Shown: positions 44,234 to 54,051 of the stretch, one piece after another
How positions within the stretch are numbered: the first letter of the stretch is position 1
Layout: each line of letters starts with the position of its first letter
Assembly: GCA_016875875.1 (NCBI GenBank)
Contig: VGOP01000006.1
Coordinates: 6,203 to 70,202 of the forward strand
Length of the DNA stretch: 64,000 nucleotides
DNA from: Chloroflexota bacterium
GTDB taxonomy: Bacteria; Chloroflexota; Dehalococcoidia; GIF9; UBA5629
Direction: 5' to 3'
Notes under the pieces: model-generated
What the model was told of the DNA's origin: nothing
The model's input: only the letters and a program-made list of their open reading frames with translations
Database searches by the model: none
Made by a program: the position numbers and the translations under genes

Positions 44234-46501
44234 ATGAAACAAGGGACAAAGGTTATCGCTTGGTTTGACGAAGTAACAAAGGATGACATTCCTCTAGTAG
44301 GTGGTAAGGGGGCAAACTTAGGTGAGATGGTTCATGCTAAGATACCGGTGCCACCAGGTTTTATCGTCACTGCAGACGCCTATTTCAAATTCTTGAAAAT
44401 AAGCAAGCTTACAGACGAAATCCGCCGATACCTCGAAGGCGTAAATGTTAACGATAGCAAAAAGCTTCAAGAAACATCCAACCTCATCAAGGATAAAATT
44501 TCCAGTGTACCTATGCCGCCCGACGTGGTAAAGGAGATTAAAGACGCTTATCGTAAACTAGGACAAGGACTGGTAGCAGTCCGTTCTTCAGCCACAGCCG
44601 AAGATTTGCCCGAGGCTTCCTTCGCCGGCCAACAACGCACCTATCTCAACATTCAAGGAGAAGATGAGGTAGTGACAGCAATACAAGGCTGCTGGGGTTC
44701 ACTGTTTGAATCCAGAGCTATATTCTACAGACAGCAGCACGGTTTTGACCACTTCCAGGTGGGTATTGCCGTACCAGTGCAAATAATGGTGCAATCGGAG
44801 GCATCAGGAGTCCTATTCACTGTAGAGCCCCTTAGTAACGACACAATGAAGATCCTAATCGAAGCAATTTACGGACTGGGTGAAGCTATTGTGTCTGGTG
44901 ACGTCACTCCCGACCAGTATCTTCTGGATAAGGGAAAGGTTAAGATCCTTGACAAAAAAGTCCACAAGCAGGAATGGCAACTGGTAAAGAATACAAAAGC
45001 ACCGATAGGCGAACTAGAGCCGAACATCAAGGTCCATGTCACACCATCAAAGCAAACTCTACAAAAGATAACCGACGAAGATATAGTTGCCTTAGCTAAA
45101 TTGGGCAAGCTGATTGAGGATTTATACAAAACTCCACAGGACATCGAGTGGGCAAAACAAGGAACACAGCTATTCATCCTTCAAACTCGGCCTGTGACCA
45201 CTTTGAAACCAAAAGCGGATATTAAGGCACTTCCTAAAATAGCAGCTCAGGCAATTTTAACCGGCGTTGCAGCGAGTCCAGGGATAGCCGTTGGCACGGT
45301 CAGAATTGTGCCCGAGGCTTCACACATAGATAAAGTTCAAGATGGTGATGTTCTGGTCGCTGAAATGACAACCCCAGATTTTGTGCCGGCGATGAAACGA
45401 GCTGCGGCTATAGTCACCGACCGTGGCGGTCGAACTGCTCACGCCGCCATCGTCAGCCGCGAGCTAGGCGTCCCTTGCGTCGTGGGCACAGAGGTGGCAA
45501 CTAAAGTTCTAAGTGATGGCCAAGTAATCACTGTAGATGGCTCCCAGGGAGAAGTCTATGCTGGCAAAGTAGCCGAGCCAACAAGAGCTGCCCCCAAAGT
45601 CATTACTCAGGAACGGATTAAAACAAAAACCCGGGTCTATGTAAATCTGGCTGAGCCTGAATTAGCTGAGGTTGTGGCGAAAAGGAATGTAGATGGAGTT
45701 GGCCTGCTCCGAGCCGAATTCATCATCGCACAAATCGGCGGACATCCACGATACATGCTGCATGAGGGAAAGGGAGACCAATTTACGGAAATGCTGACTC
45801 GGGGCATTACCACATTCACCAAAGCTTTCCACCCTCGCCCGGTAGTTTTTCGGACTACCGATTTCAAAACCAACGAGTACAGAAACCTGCGCGGCGGGGA
45901 CAAATACGAGGAATTTGAGGAGAACCCCATGATTGGGTACCGTGGCTGCTCCCGATATACACGGGAAACCGAGGTCTTCAGGCTCGAGATAGAGGCTATC
46001 AAAAGGGTGTGTCAGTACTATGACAACCTATATGTTATGATTCCTTTCGTCCGCTTCGTAGACGAAATCGCGAGGATAAAAAGGTTCTTCGTAGCTGAGG
46101 GATTGTACCAGTTTCCCAATTTTAAATTGTGGATGATGGTTGAAGTGCCATCAAACATCTTTCTCATAGACCAATTCATAGACGCCGGCATCGACGGTGT
46201 CTCCATCGGCTCCAACGATTTAACTCAACTGATTTTAGGGATAGACAGAGACAATCCCAAACTAGCACCGCAATTTGATGAGAGAAACGAGGCAGTGCTC
46301 ATGGCCATAGAAAAGGTCGTTAAAGTTTCAACTCAAAAAGGCATCACCTCTTCCATTTGCGGACAAGCACCCTCAGTCTACCCAGAACTTACCGAGAACC
46401 TGGTAAAATGGGGGATCACCTCAGTTTCGGTAAGCCCTGACATGATAGATGAAACAAGGCGTATAATAGCTGCTGTTGAAACGAAACTTGGCCAGTCGTA
46501 G
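44234..46501 (+). CDS. ppsA: phosphoenolpyruvate synthase (pyruvate, water dikinase)
   Basis: 755 aa. N-terminal ATP-grasp 'IPLVGGKGANLGEM', phospho-His domain 'GGRTAHAAIVSRELGVPCVVG', and C-terminal PEP-utilising TIM barrel. Confidence 0.85.
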   Translation: MKQGTKVIAWFDEVTKDDIPLVGGKGANLGEMVHAKIPVPPGFIVTADAYFKFLKISKLTDEIRRYLEGVNVNDSKKLQETSNLIKDKISSVPMPPDVVKEIKDAYRKLGQGLVAVRSSATAEDLPEASFAGQQRTYLNIQGEDEVVTAIQGCWGSLFESRAIFYRQQHGFDHFQVGIAVPVQIMVQSEASGVLFTVEPLSNDTMKILIEAIYGLGEAIVSGDVTPDQYLLDKGKVKILDKKVHKQEWQLVKNTKAPIGELEPNIKVHVTPSKQTLQKITDEDIVALAKLGKLIEDLYKTPQDIEWAKQGTQLFILQTRPVTTLKPKADIKALPKIAAQAILTGVAASPGIAVGTVRIVPEASHIDKVQDGDVLVAEMTTPDFVPAMKRAAAIVTDRGGRTAHAAIVSRELGVPCVVGTEVATKVLSDGQVITVDGSQGEVYAGKVAEPTRAAPKVITQERIKTKTRVYVNLAEPELAEVVAKRNVDGVGLLRAEFIIAQIGGHPRYMLHEGKGDQFTEMLTRGITTFTKAFHPRPVVFRTTDFKTNEYRNLRGGDKYEEFEENPMIGYRGCSRYTRETEVFRLEIEAIKRVCQYYDNLYVMIPFVRFVDEIARIKRFFVAEGLYQFPNFKLWMMVEVPSNIFLIDQFIDAGIDGVSIGSNDLTQLILGIDRDNPKLAPQFDERNEAVLMAIEKVVKVSTQKGITSSICGQAPSVYPELTENLVKWGITSVSVSPDMIDETRRIIAAVETKLGQS

Positions 46502-46536
46502 CACTGTGGCAGAGCGGAGAAGCAAAAGCTTAAGTT

Positions 46537-47574
46537 TTGATGGTCAACCTGAACATTCGGCAGCGGATAGAGGAATCTGAAAACAGCCTCTCCCCTTATG
46601 CATCAAAAAGCAGGCTCAGCCGAGGCAGACTCAAATGGGAGGAACCTTGCTCGATACGAACAGATTTTCAGCGAGACCGCGACCGCATCATCTACTCCAA
46701 CGCCTTCCGCCGTCTCAAGCACAAGACCCAGGTCTTTATCGCCCCTTCGGGTGACCATTATGTAACGCGGCTGACACATACTTTAGAAGTCTCCCAGATT
46801 GCCCGGACTATATCAAGAGCGCTAAACCTTAACGAGGACTTAACCGAGGCTATCGCTTTGGGACATGATTTGGGTCATACCCCATTCGGTCATGTGGGTG
46901 AGCAGGTTCTAAACGAGCTCTTCCCCAGCGGGTTCAAGCATAACGAGCAGAGTCTAAGAGTAGTCGATTTACTGGAAAAAGATGGGCAAGGACTGAACCT
47001 GACCTGGGAAGTCAGGGATGGCATCTTAAATCATTCCAAGAGCGGGATTGAGATACTTGGGGAGGGATGGACAGAAGTTAGTACTATCGAAGGACAAATA
47101 GTCAAGATGGCTGACACTGTTGCTTATGTCAACCACGATGTTGCCGATGCCGTAAGAGCTGGTGTTATAGCTGAAAACAAGCTGCCAGCTTCCGCAGTAA
47201 AACGCCTTGGCAGCACTTCTCGCCAACGAATTAACGCGCTCGTATGCGATATTGTCAACTATTCTCTGGCATCAATGGACAATGCAAGTTTGAAAAAACC
47301 AATTATCGGAATGAATGCTGAGATTTTAGAAGTCACCAATAGCTTGCGTGAGTTTCTCTTTGACAAAGTGTATAATCCCAGTCTAGCCAGTAAAGACTCA
47401 TCAAAAGCGAGGAAGGTAATACGTCGTCTATATTCATATTTCCTGAAACACGAAGAGCAGTTGCCTAAAGAATACACATTGCGCGATGACACTGTGGAAA
47501 GAAAGGTTACTGATTACATCGCCGGGATGACAGATCAGTATGCATTAAGGATGGCCAAAGAAATCGCATGCTGA
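46537..47574 (+). CDS. dgt: dGTPase-like HD-domain dNTP triphosphohydrolase
   Basis: 'FQRDRDRIIYSNAFRRLKHKTQVF...HYVTRLTHTLEVSQIART...GHDLGHTPFGH'. Confidence 0.8.
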   Translation: MMVNLNIRQRIEESENSLSPYASKSRLSRGRLKWEEPCSIRTDFQRDRDRIIYSNAFRRLKHKTQVFIAPSGDHYVTRLTHTLEVSQIARTISRALNLNEDLTEAIALGHDLGHTPFGHVGEQVLNELFPSGFKHNEQSLRVVDLLEKDGQGLNLTWEVRDGILNHSKSGIEILGEGWTEVSTIEGQIVKMADTVAYVNHDVADAVRAGVIAENKLPASAVKRLGSTSRQRINALVCDIVNYSLASMDNASLKKPIIGMNAEILEVTNSLREFLFDKVYNPSLASKDSSKARKVIRRLYSYFLKHEEQLPKEYTLRDDTVERKVTDYIAGMTDQYALRMAKEIAC

Positions 47575-47627
47575 GCAGAGCTGTCAAATTCAATCAGAAC
47601 CTTGAAGCAAGTGATTGAGTTCCTAAA

Positions 47628-49508
47628 ATGAGCGTAATTGATGATGTAAAGCAGAGACTGGACATTGTGCAACTTGTCCATGAATATACGGATTTAAAAA
47701 AATCGGGACGGAATTATAAGGCCTTATGTCCATTTCATTCTGAAAAGACGCCCTCCTTTTTTGTATTTCCCGAGCGGCAGAGCTGGCATTGCTTCGGAGC
47801 CTGCGGTACCGGTGGCGATGTTTTTTCCTTCATTATGAAGAAAGAGGGGATTGACTTCGGACAAGCGCTACAACTTTTAGCCAACAAGGCCGGCGTTTCC
47901 TTAGTTGCTCTGACAACTCCGGAGAGGCAGACTCAAAATAAAGAGAGGGAAAAGTTATTCGAAATCAACGAAGCCACCGCCGAATATTACCACCACCTGT
48001 TGTTGAATGCCTCGGCGGGCAAGGCAGCAAGAGATTATATAGCTAAACGAGGATTATCAGCTGAGACAATTAAGAATTTCCAGTTAGGCTTCGCACCAGA
48101 AGGATGGGATACCATAAAGCAGTATTTGAAGGGCAAAGGATATGGGGAAGCAGACTTGCTGGCTGCTGGTTTGCTAGTAGCGCGGGATGATGGAAGCAAC
48201 TACGACCGATTTCGCGATCGTTTAATATTTCCTATTAGAAACATCCAGGGTAAAGTTATAGGCTTTGGTGGTAGGGCATTAGACGATTCTCTACCTAAAT
48301 ATCTTAACTCTCCTCAAACACCGGTTTTCGACAAAAGCAGCAGCCTTTATGGGATTGACCGAGCCAATACAGCCATTCGTCAAAAAGATTTAGCTATAAT
48401 CACTGAAGGCTACATGGATGTTCTGACAGCTCACCAGTACGGGTATCAGAACGTAGTTGCCTTCTCAGGTACATCTATAGTTGACAAACAGGTAGCTATT
48501 TCCAAAATCTTGAGCAGGAATTTAATACTGGCTCTCGATGCCGATGCTGCGGGAGAAGAAGCCATCTCACGAAGCGGTGAGATGGTCGATAAGATGCTGC
48601 CAGCACCACTAGGGTTATATGGGTGGGTAAAATATGAAGATGCTCACAGAACTGCTGAAGTGAAAATTCTTATATTACCCAAAGGCAAAGACCTGGATGA
48701 CGTAATCAAAGACGTAATCAAAAAAGACGCTTCACAATGGCAAAAGCTGATAACGGATGCCAAACCGATGATTGACTTCATCTTCGAAAGTGTAACTTCT
48801 AAATTTGACTTAGAAAGTGCCAGGGGTAAATCTTCGGCCGTAGAAAAACTTCTGCCGCTGCTTTTCGAGATGAAAGACCCTTTGCGGCAAGCTCACTATG
48901 TGGAAAGGCTCGCCCGGTTATTGAAGATTGATGAGCACGACCTGCGCGACGCATGGAAGAAATTCAGAGCCGACGAACAGAAACGAAGAGCAACCAAAAA
49001 CATGAGAGCTTACACGCCTGTAGTTCCCGCCATCACTTCATCCAGTCCCCTGGAGCAATATTGCTTAGCTTTATTGCTTCAATATCCAGAACTTAAAAGT
49101 GAAGCCAAAGAACTATCACCCAACCACTTCGAAAACACCGAAAACCGAGAGCTGTTTGTAAAATGGCAACAAAGTGATGACCTAGCCTCTCTTAAGAATA
49201 GTATCGATAGCACTCTTCAAGAGCATTTGGAAAGTCTTCTGGCTAAGACATTACCACCCCCTTTTCTCAAGGAGAATGAGGCAGAACGGCGTGAGACGTT
49301 TAATGACTGTATCAATCTATTGCAGAAGAACATGCTTAAAAACCTAGAAGCCAAAAAACAAGAGCTCTTTATAGAAGCTCAGACGGGTGGGACAGCAGCA
49401 CATTTGGCTAAGGTAGACGAGCAAGGCATAGAAGTCAGTGAGCAGCTTAAAGAGGTCTTCAACAAGTTAGACCACCGCCGACGACTATCAAGGAGCGACG
49501 GGCAATGA
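47628..49508 (+). CDS. dnaG: DNA primase
   Basis: Zn-binding '[14 protein letters not shown]...[15 protein letters not shown]'; TOPRIM '[16 protein letters not shown]'. Confidence 0.9.
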   Translation: MSVIDDVKQRLDIVQLVHEYTDLKKSGRNYKALCPFHSEKTPSFFVFPERQSWHCFGACGTGGDVFSFIMKKEGIDFGQALQLLANKAGVSLVALTTPERQTQNKEREKLFEINEATAEYYHHLLLNASAGKAARDYIAKRGLSAETIKNFQLGFAPEGWDTIKQYLKGKGYGEADLLAAGLLVARDDGSNYDRFRDRLIFPIRNIQGKVIGFGGRALDDSLPKYLNSPQTPVFDKSSSLYGIDRANTAIRQKDLAIITEGYMDVLTAHQYGYQNVVAFSGTSIVDKQVAISKILSRNLILALDADAAGEEAISRSGEMVDKMLPAPLGLYGWVKYEDAHRTAEVKILILPKGKDLDDVIKDVIKKDASQWQKLITDAKPMIDFIFESVTSKFDLESARGKSSAVEKLLPLLFEMKDPLRQAHYVERLARLLKIDEHDLRDAWKKFRADEQKRRATKNMRAYTPVVPAITSSSPLEQYCLALLLQYPELKSEAKELSPNHFENTENRELFVKWQQSDDLASLKNSIDSTLQEHLESLLAKTLPPPFLKENEAERRETFNDCINLLQKNMLKNLEAKKQELFIEAQTGGTAAHLAKVDEQGIEVSEQLKEVFNKLDHRRRLSRSDGQ

Positions 49509-51073
49509 CTTCAAATAGAGATGACGAGCTTCTGTCCTATTTCCCCAGGAAAGGCAGGAGAGGATTTGACTCCGAGGATATTCTTGGCATGGACGACAAC
49601 TCACCTATCCGCCAGAACAACACTTGGGACACTTTCGACAAATACGAGTCAGAGGAAGAAACTGGCAAAATCGCCTTTCCATGGGACAGCGAAGAGGCTG
49701 CTGAACTTGAATACGAATTGGCAGGTAAAGAAGAAAAAGCGGATAAAGCCGCACTTGGCATTGAGATAGAGCATGTTGAGCACGAAGCAATCGATGACCC
49801 AGTTCGTATGTATCTCCACGAGATTGGCAAAGTTTCACTACTCACTGCGGATGATGAGAAGGCATTAGCCAGTAAAATAGAGGAAGCCAAATATTTGGAA
49901 AATATTGAAGAGCTTTATTTCCAGCGCCACGGCGAATATCCATCAACGGTTGATTCAATAATTTATTTGCTCCGTCATTTACTTGCATCGCAGCCCTTAA
50001 TAAACATTCTGACCAAGCAACTTAAGCTTGCTACTACAGATAGCTTCATCAAAAGGATTCGCGACCCTAAGCTGCGATCTGCCATCGATAGCATGATTAA
50101 CCAAGAACTAGAGGAGGCTATTGCCAAGGCCAGTGATAAAAGTGCCCCAGAAGTTGAACAAGGCCTGATAGATTTTTCCACAGATAGCCGACTCCTGCCA
50201 ACAGAATTATTCAAGATTATAGGAGAGGAAACTACCTGGAAAGAGTTAGAATCTCTGGTTGCCGAGCCAGTCAATTCCGAATTCCTCTCTAGACTTCACG
50301 CACATACCCAGCAATTCAAAGTCTATTTAAATAAAGTCAAAAGAGCAGCAAGGAAATCAGAAAGGCACCTTACCGAAGCAAATCTACGCCTAGTGGTCAG
50401 CGTTGCCAAGAAATATGTAGGCCACGGGATGCCACTCCTTGACCTTATCCAAGAGGGGAATATCGGGCTAGTTCGCGCTGTGGAGAAATTTGAATATAGA
50501 AAAGGTTATAAATTCAGCACTTATGCTACCTGGTGGATTAGACAAGCTATCACCCGAGCTATAGCTGACCAAGCCCGCACCATTCGTATACCGGTGCATA
50601 TGGTAGAAACTATAAACAGATTATTGAAAGTCAATCGACGCTTGGCTCAGGAATATGGGCGCGAACCAAGCTACGAGGAAATCGGTAAAGGCATGGAAAT
50701 ATCTTCAGACAGAGTGAGAGAAATCCTAAAGTTGTCTCAAATGCCGATATCCCTAGAGATGCCTATTGGCGAGGAGGAAGACAGTCACCTCGGCGATTTC
50801 ATTGAAGACCGGGCCACCTTACCACCAGCCGATGCCGCTTCCCAAGAACTACTTAAGGCACAACTAAATAAAATACTCTCTGAACTTACTGACAGAGAGA
50901 GAAGGGTAATACTACTCAGATTCGGTTTAGAAGATGGGCGAGCTCGAACTTTAGAGGAGGTCGGCAAGGAGTTTAATGTTACCCGAGAACGAATCCGCCA
51001 AATCGAGGCCAAGGCACTCCGAAAGCTACGTCATCCCAGCCGAAGCCGAAAGCTGAAAGACTATCTGGAATAA
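49505..51073 (+). CDS. rpoD: RNA polymerase primary sigma factor (sigma-70 family)
   Basis: Region 1.2 '[21 protein letters not shown]'; region 2 '[40 protein letters not shown]'; region 4 '[29 protein letters not shown]'. Confidence 0.9.
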   Translation: MTSNRDDELLSYFPRKGRRGFDSEDILGMDDNSPIRQNNTWDTFDKYESEEETGKIAFPWDSEEAAELEYELAGKEEKADKAALGIEIEHVEHEAIDDPVRMYLHEIGKVSLLTADDEKALASKIEEAKYLENIEELYFQRHGEYPSTVDSIIYLLRHLLASQPLINILTKQLKLATTDSFIKRIRDPKLRSAIDSMINQELEEAIAKASDKSAPEVEQGLIDFSTDSRLLPTELFKIIGEETTWKELESLVAEPVNSEFLSRLHAHTQQFKVYLNKVKRAARKSERHLTEANLRLVVSVAKKYVGHGMPLLDLIQEGNIGLVRAVEKFEYRKGYKFSTYATWWIRQAITRAIADQARTIRIPVHMVETINRLLKVNRRLAQEYGREPSYEEIGKGMEISSDRVREILKLSQMPISLEMPIGEEEDSHLGDFIEDRATLPPADAASQELLKAQLNKILSELTDRERRVILLRFGLEDGRARTLEEVGKEFNVTRERIRQIEAKALRKLRHPSRSRKLKDYLE

Positions 51074-51108
51074 ATCAACGTAATATCCCAGCTGCTAGGA
51101 GGAATTAG

Positions 51109-51711
51109 ATGAGACTGATTAAAGGATTCATTATGGTCATCGGCATAATCGCAATTATGGTCATGTTTGCCCTGATTATGGGTTATTATCTTTACTCGCT
51201 TTCTCCTTGGATCCAAGAAAGAACAATACCAGTGGCGGTAAGTGCCGATGCGGTTGAAAGTTTTGACCAGAAGCTTGATTCCCTCGATACCCAAATCAAA
51301 GCAGCAATCGATGATAGAGAAAAAAGAGAATTGAGCCTGGTAATTACTGAAAAGGAAGCTAATTCCAAGCTGGTTCAAATGCTGGCTGAAGGTGAATTGC
51401 CATTAAAACGGATTCTAATTAACTTCGGTGATGGCTATTTTCTAAGCTACGCAGTAGTGGATGCACCTGGAATTGACGCTAAAACAGGTTTAATCGGGCG
51501 AATTGATATTGGGGAAGGTAAACCCAGAGTAGTAATAGATGAGTTCAATCTAGGCAAACTGCCATTGCCTGAATCTGCAAAAGTAAGAGTTGAGCAGTTA
51601 GTTAATGTTATAGTCAGATTACAGATATCCGATGTGCCGCTAGAGATAACTAACGTTGAAATCAAAGACCGTCAGCTTACCATCACTGGAACGGTTAAAA
51701 CTGGCGAATAG
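51109..51711 (+). CDS. hypothetical single-pass membrane protein
   Basis: 200-aa ORF with N-terminal TM 'IMVIGIIAIMVMFALIMGYYL'. No recognisable domain. Confidence 0.45.
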   Translation: MRLIKGFIMVIGIIAIMVMFALIMGYYLYSLSPWIQERTIPVAVSADAVESFDQKLDSLDTQIKAAIDDREKRELSLVITEKEANSKLVQMLAEGELPLKRILINFGDGYFLSYAVVDAPGIDAKTGLIGRIDIGEGKPRVVIDEFNLGKLPLPESAKVRVEQLVNVIVRLQISDVPLEITNVEIKDRQLTITGTVKTGE

Positions 51712-51719
51712 AGCTCTTC

Positions 51720-53051
51720 TCACCGCCTCAACATATCCATCATATTTTTGGGCATCTTCCCAGTGGCTGCCATTTTAGCAAATTTTTGCATCTGGTGAAA
51801 TTGATTAAGCAACCGATTAATTTCCGCAGTTGTTGTTCCACTACCATATGCAATACGTCGCCTTCGGCTGCCATTAATAATAGCTGGGTTAAGTCGTTCT
51901 TCAGGAGTCATGGATAGGATGATAGCCTCAATTTTGCGCATCTGGTACTCTTCACCGCTCTGAGGAATACTGGAGCCGAGCTTCGAAAAACCAGGTAATA
52001 GTTCAATCAATTGAGCTAATGACCCCATCTTCTTAATCTGGCGTAATTGCAGTAGAAAGTCCTCGAGACTAAACTCTGCAGTGCGCATCTTTTTCTCCAA
52101 CTGTTTAGCGCGCTGCTCATCAAAGGCCTCCTCTGCCTTCTCAATGAGAGTGAGTACGTCACCCATACCCAAGATGCGAGAGGCCAAGCGGTCCGGGTAA
52201 AAAGGTTCAAGGGCACTTGCTTTTTCGCCAGTGCCAATGAACTTCATCGGCACTCCAGTGACGAACTTAATAGAAAGAGCAGCACCACCCCGAGCATCTC
52301 CATCCATTTTAGTCAAAATAAGTCCAGTCAACCCAACATTCTTGTTAAACTCCTCAGCCGTGTTCACCGCATCTTGACCGGTCATAGCATCAACTACCAA
52401 TAGCACTTCTGAAGGGCAAATTTCAGCTTTCAGTTGAGCCAGCTCTTTCATCATTGCTTCATCAATGTGAAGACGCCCTTGAGTATCAATAATCACCCAA
52501 GTAGCTGCCATCTCTTGGGCCTGCTTTAGAGCTTGGCGACAAATTGCCAACGGTATCGCCTTAGCATCCTCACCAGAGACTGGTATGTCCAATTGTTTGC
52601 CCAACATCACCAACTGGTCAATGGCGGCCGGTCGGCGAGTGTCAGCAGCTACTAGCAAAGGACGTTGTCCTGCGTTTTTAAGATGCAGGGCCAGCTTAGC
52701 TGCCGTGGTAGTCTTTCCAGAGCCCTGCAAACCGACAAGCATGGCGACTGAAGGTAGCCGACCAGCTACTACAAGATGAGTGCGCTCTTTACCTAAGATA
52801 TTTACGAGTTCTTCGTTGACAATTTTTATGATTTGCTGAGCCGGGGTAAGACTTTCCAATACGTTGGCCGCTAAAGCCCGCTCTTTTATGCTGACCAGAA
52901 AACTCTTCACTACCCTGAAATTAACATCGGCTTCCAGAAGAGCTAAACGTATCTGCCGCAAGGCTTCATCAATATCTTTTTCACTGAGCCTACCTTTACG
53001 GCCGAGGCTACTGAATACATTGCTCAGTTTCTGGGTCAGAACTTCAAACAT
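51720..53051 (-). CDS. ffh: signal recognition particle protein Ffh
   Basis: N-domain 'LSEKDIDEALRQIRLALLEADVNFRVV'; G-domain 'GLQGSGKTTTAAKLA'; M-domain Met-rich tail. Confidence 0.9.
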   Translation of the reverse strand: MFEVLTQKLSNVFSSLGRKGRLSEKDIDEALRQIRLALLEADVNFRVVKSFLVSIKERALAANVLESLTPAQQIIKIVNEELVNILGKERTHLVVAGRLPSVAMLVGLQGSGKTTTAAKLALHLKNAGQRPLLVAADTRRPAAIDQLVMLGKQLDIPVSGEDAKAIPLAICRQALKQAQEMAATWVIIDTQGRLHIDEAMMKELAQLKAEICPSEVLLVVDAMTGQDAVNTAEEFNKNVGLTGLILTKMDGDARGGAALSIKFVTGVPMKFIGTGEKASALEPFYPDRLASRILGMGDVLTLIEKAEEAFDEQRAKQLEKKMRTAEFSLEDFLLQLRQIKKMGSLAQLIELLPGFSKLGSSIPQSGEEYQMRKIEAIILSMTPEERLNPAIINGSRRRRIAYGSGTTTAEINRLLNQFHQMQKFAKMAATGKMPKNMMDMLRR

Positions 53052-53153
53052 AGGTCTTCTATAGCATTCTACCTATGCCTGTCCCCGCAGTCAATTGTGA
53101 TAAAATAGAACCAGTGTCTGAAACCATAAAGCCTAGCTCAACATGATTTAAGA

Positions 53154-53918
53154 ATGTTTGAAGCTTCACCATTCAGCCTGAATATGTTTCAGCAGTGCCC
53201 GAGACAATATAAGTTTCAGTATATCGATCGTCTTGGGGGCATTTACAGAAAATCACGGCCTTACTTCACCATGGGCGACCATGTACATGCTACGCTCAAA
53301 GATTTCCTCTCTGTAATCCCGGTTAGCGAGCGAAATCTATCGAAACTAGAGGATTTGCTCCGAGAGAAATGGCGGCGTTATCGCAAAGGATTCAATGACA
53401 GAGCGGACGAGAAAAGATGGGGTGAAAAGGCTCTCAACCAACTACGCTGGTTTGCTCAGAATCAGGATATCTCTGTTACCCCCTTCATGGTGGAAGATTA
53501 TCATAGTGCTGAACTTACCAGCACCATACTCCTAAAAGGCAAAATAGATCGAGTGGATAAGGAAGCCGATGGTAGTCTGCACATAATCGATTATAAGACC
53601 GGCAAAATGCCGACTGAAATAAATCAAACTCAGCTCCACATCTATGCCCTTATTCTTTCCAAAGAACAAGACTTGCCACTCAAAAAAGCTTCCTATTTTT
53701 ATCTAGATGCCGGTAAATTCAAAACTATCGAGCTGACCACTGCAGACTTAGCGCAAGCTACTTCCTATGTAATTGAACTGGTCGATAGGATATGCAAGGA
53801 TAGAGAATATCCAGCCACCCCCAATATTTACTGCTGGAACTGTGATTTCCTTGAGATATGCCCGAGTAAAGAAGAGGCTGCCAAATTCGCCGCCAATGAA
53901 GACGAATTAGATTTCTAG
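53154..53918 (+). CDS. PD-(D/E)XK nuclease, Cas4-like (RecB-family nuclease motifs plus 4-Cys cluster), stand-alone
   Basis: 'GKIDRVDKEADGSLHIIDYKTGK' (D...D/E-x-K), N-terminal Cys in 'QQCPRQ', and C-terminal 'CWNCDFLEIC' (C-x2-C-x5-C). Confidence 0.65.
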   Translation: MFEASPFSLNMFQQCPRQYKFQYIDRLGGIYRKSRPYFTMGDHVHATLKDFLSVIPVSERNLSKLEDLLREKWRRYRKGFNDRADEKRWGEKALNQLRWFAQNQDISVTPFMVEDYHSAELTSTILLKGKIDRVDKEADGSLHIIDYKTGKMPTEINQTQLHIYALILSKEQDLPLKKASYFYLDAGKFKTIELTTADLAQATSYVIELVDRICKDREYPATPNIYCWNCDFLEICPSKEEAAKFAANEDELDF

Positions 53919-54051
53919 CGCTTGATTTCCGTCTCGACGAGAAGGATAATAATAAGCTGCTTGTAAGCGTTTTATTCAAGAGTGCACGCTTTGAATAACA
54001 AAAGTTCCGCTATTCAGTTCACCCTTAGTAACTACTAGGAAGGAGGTCATA

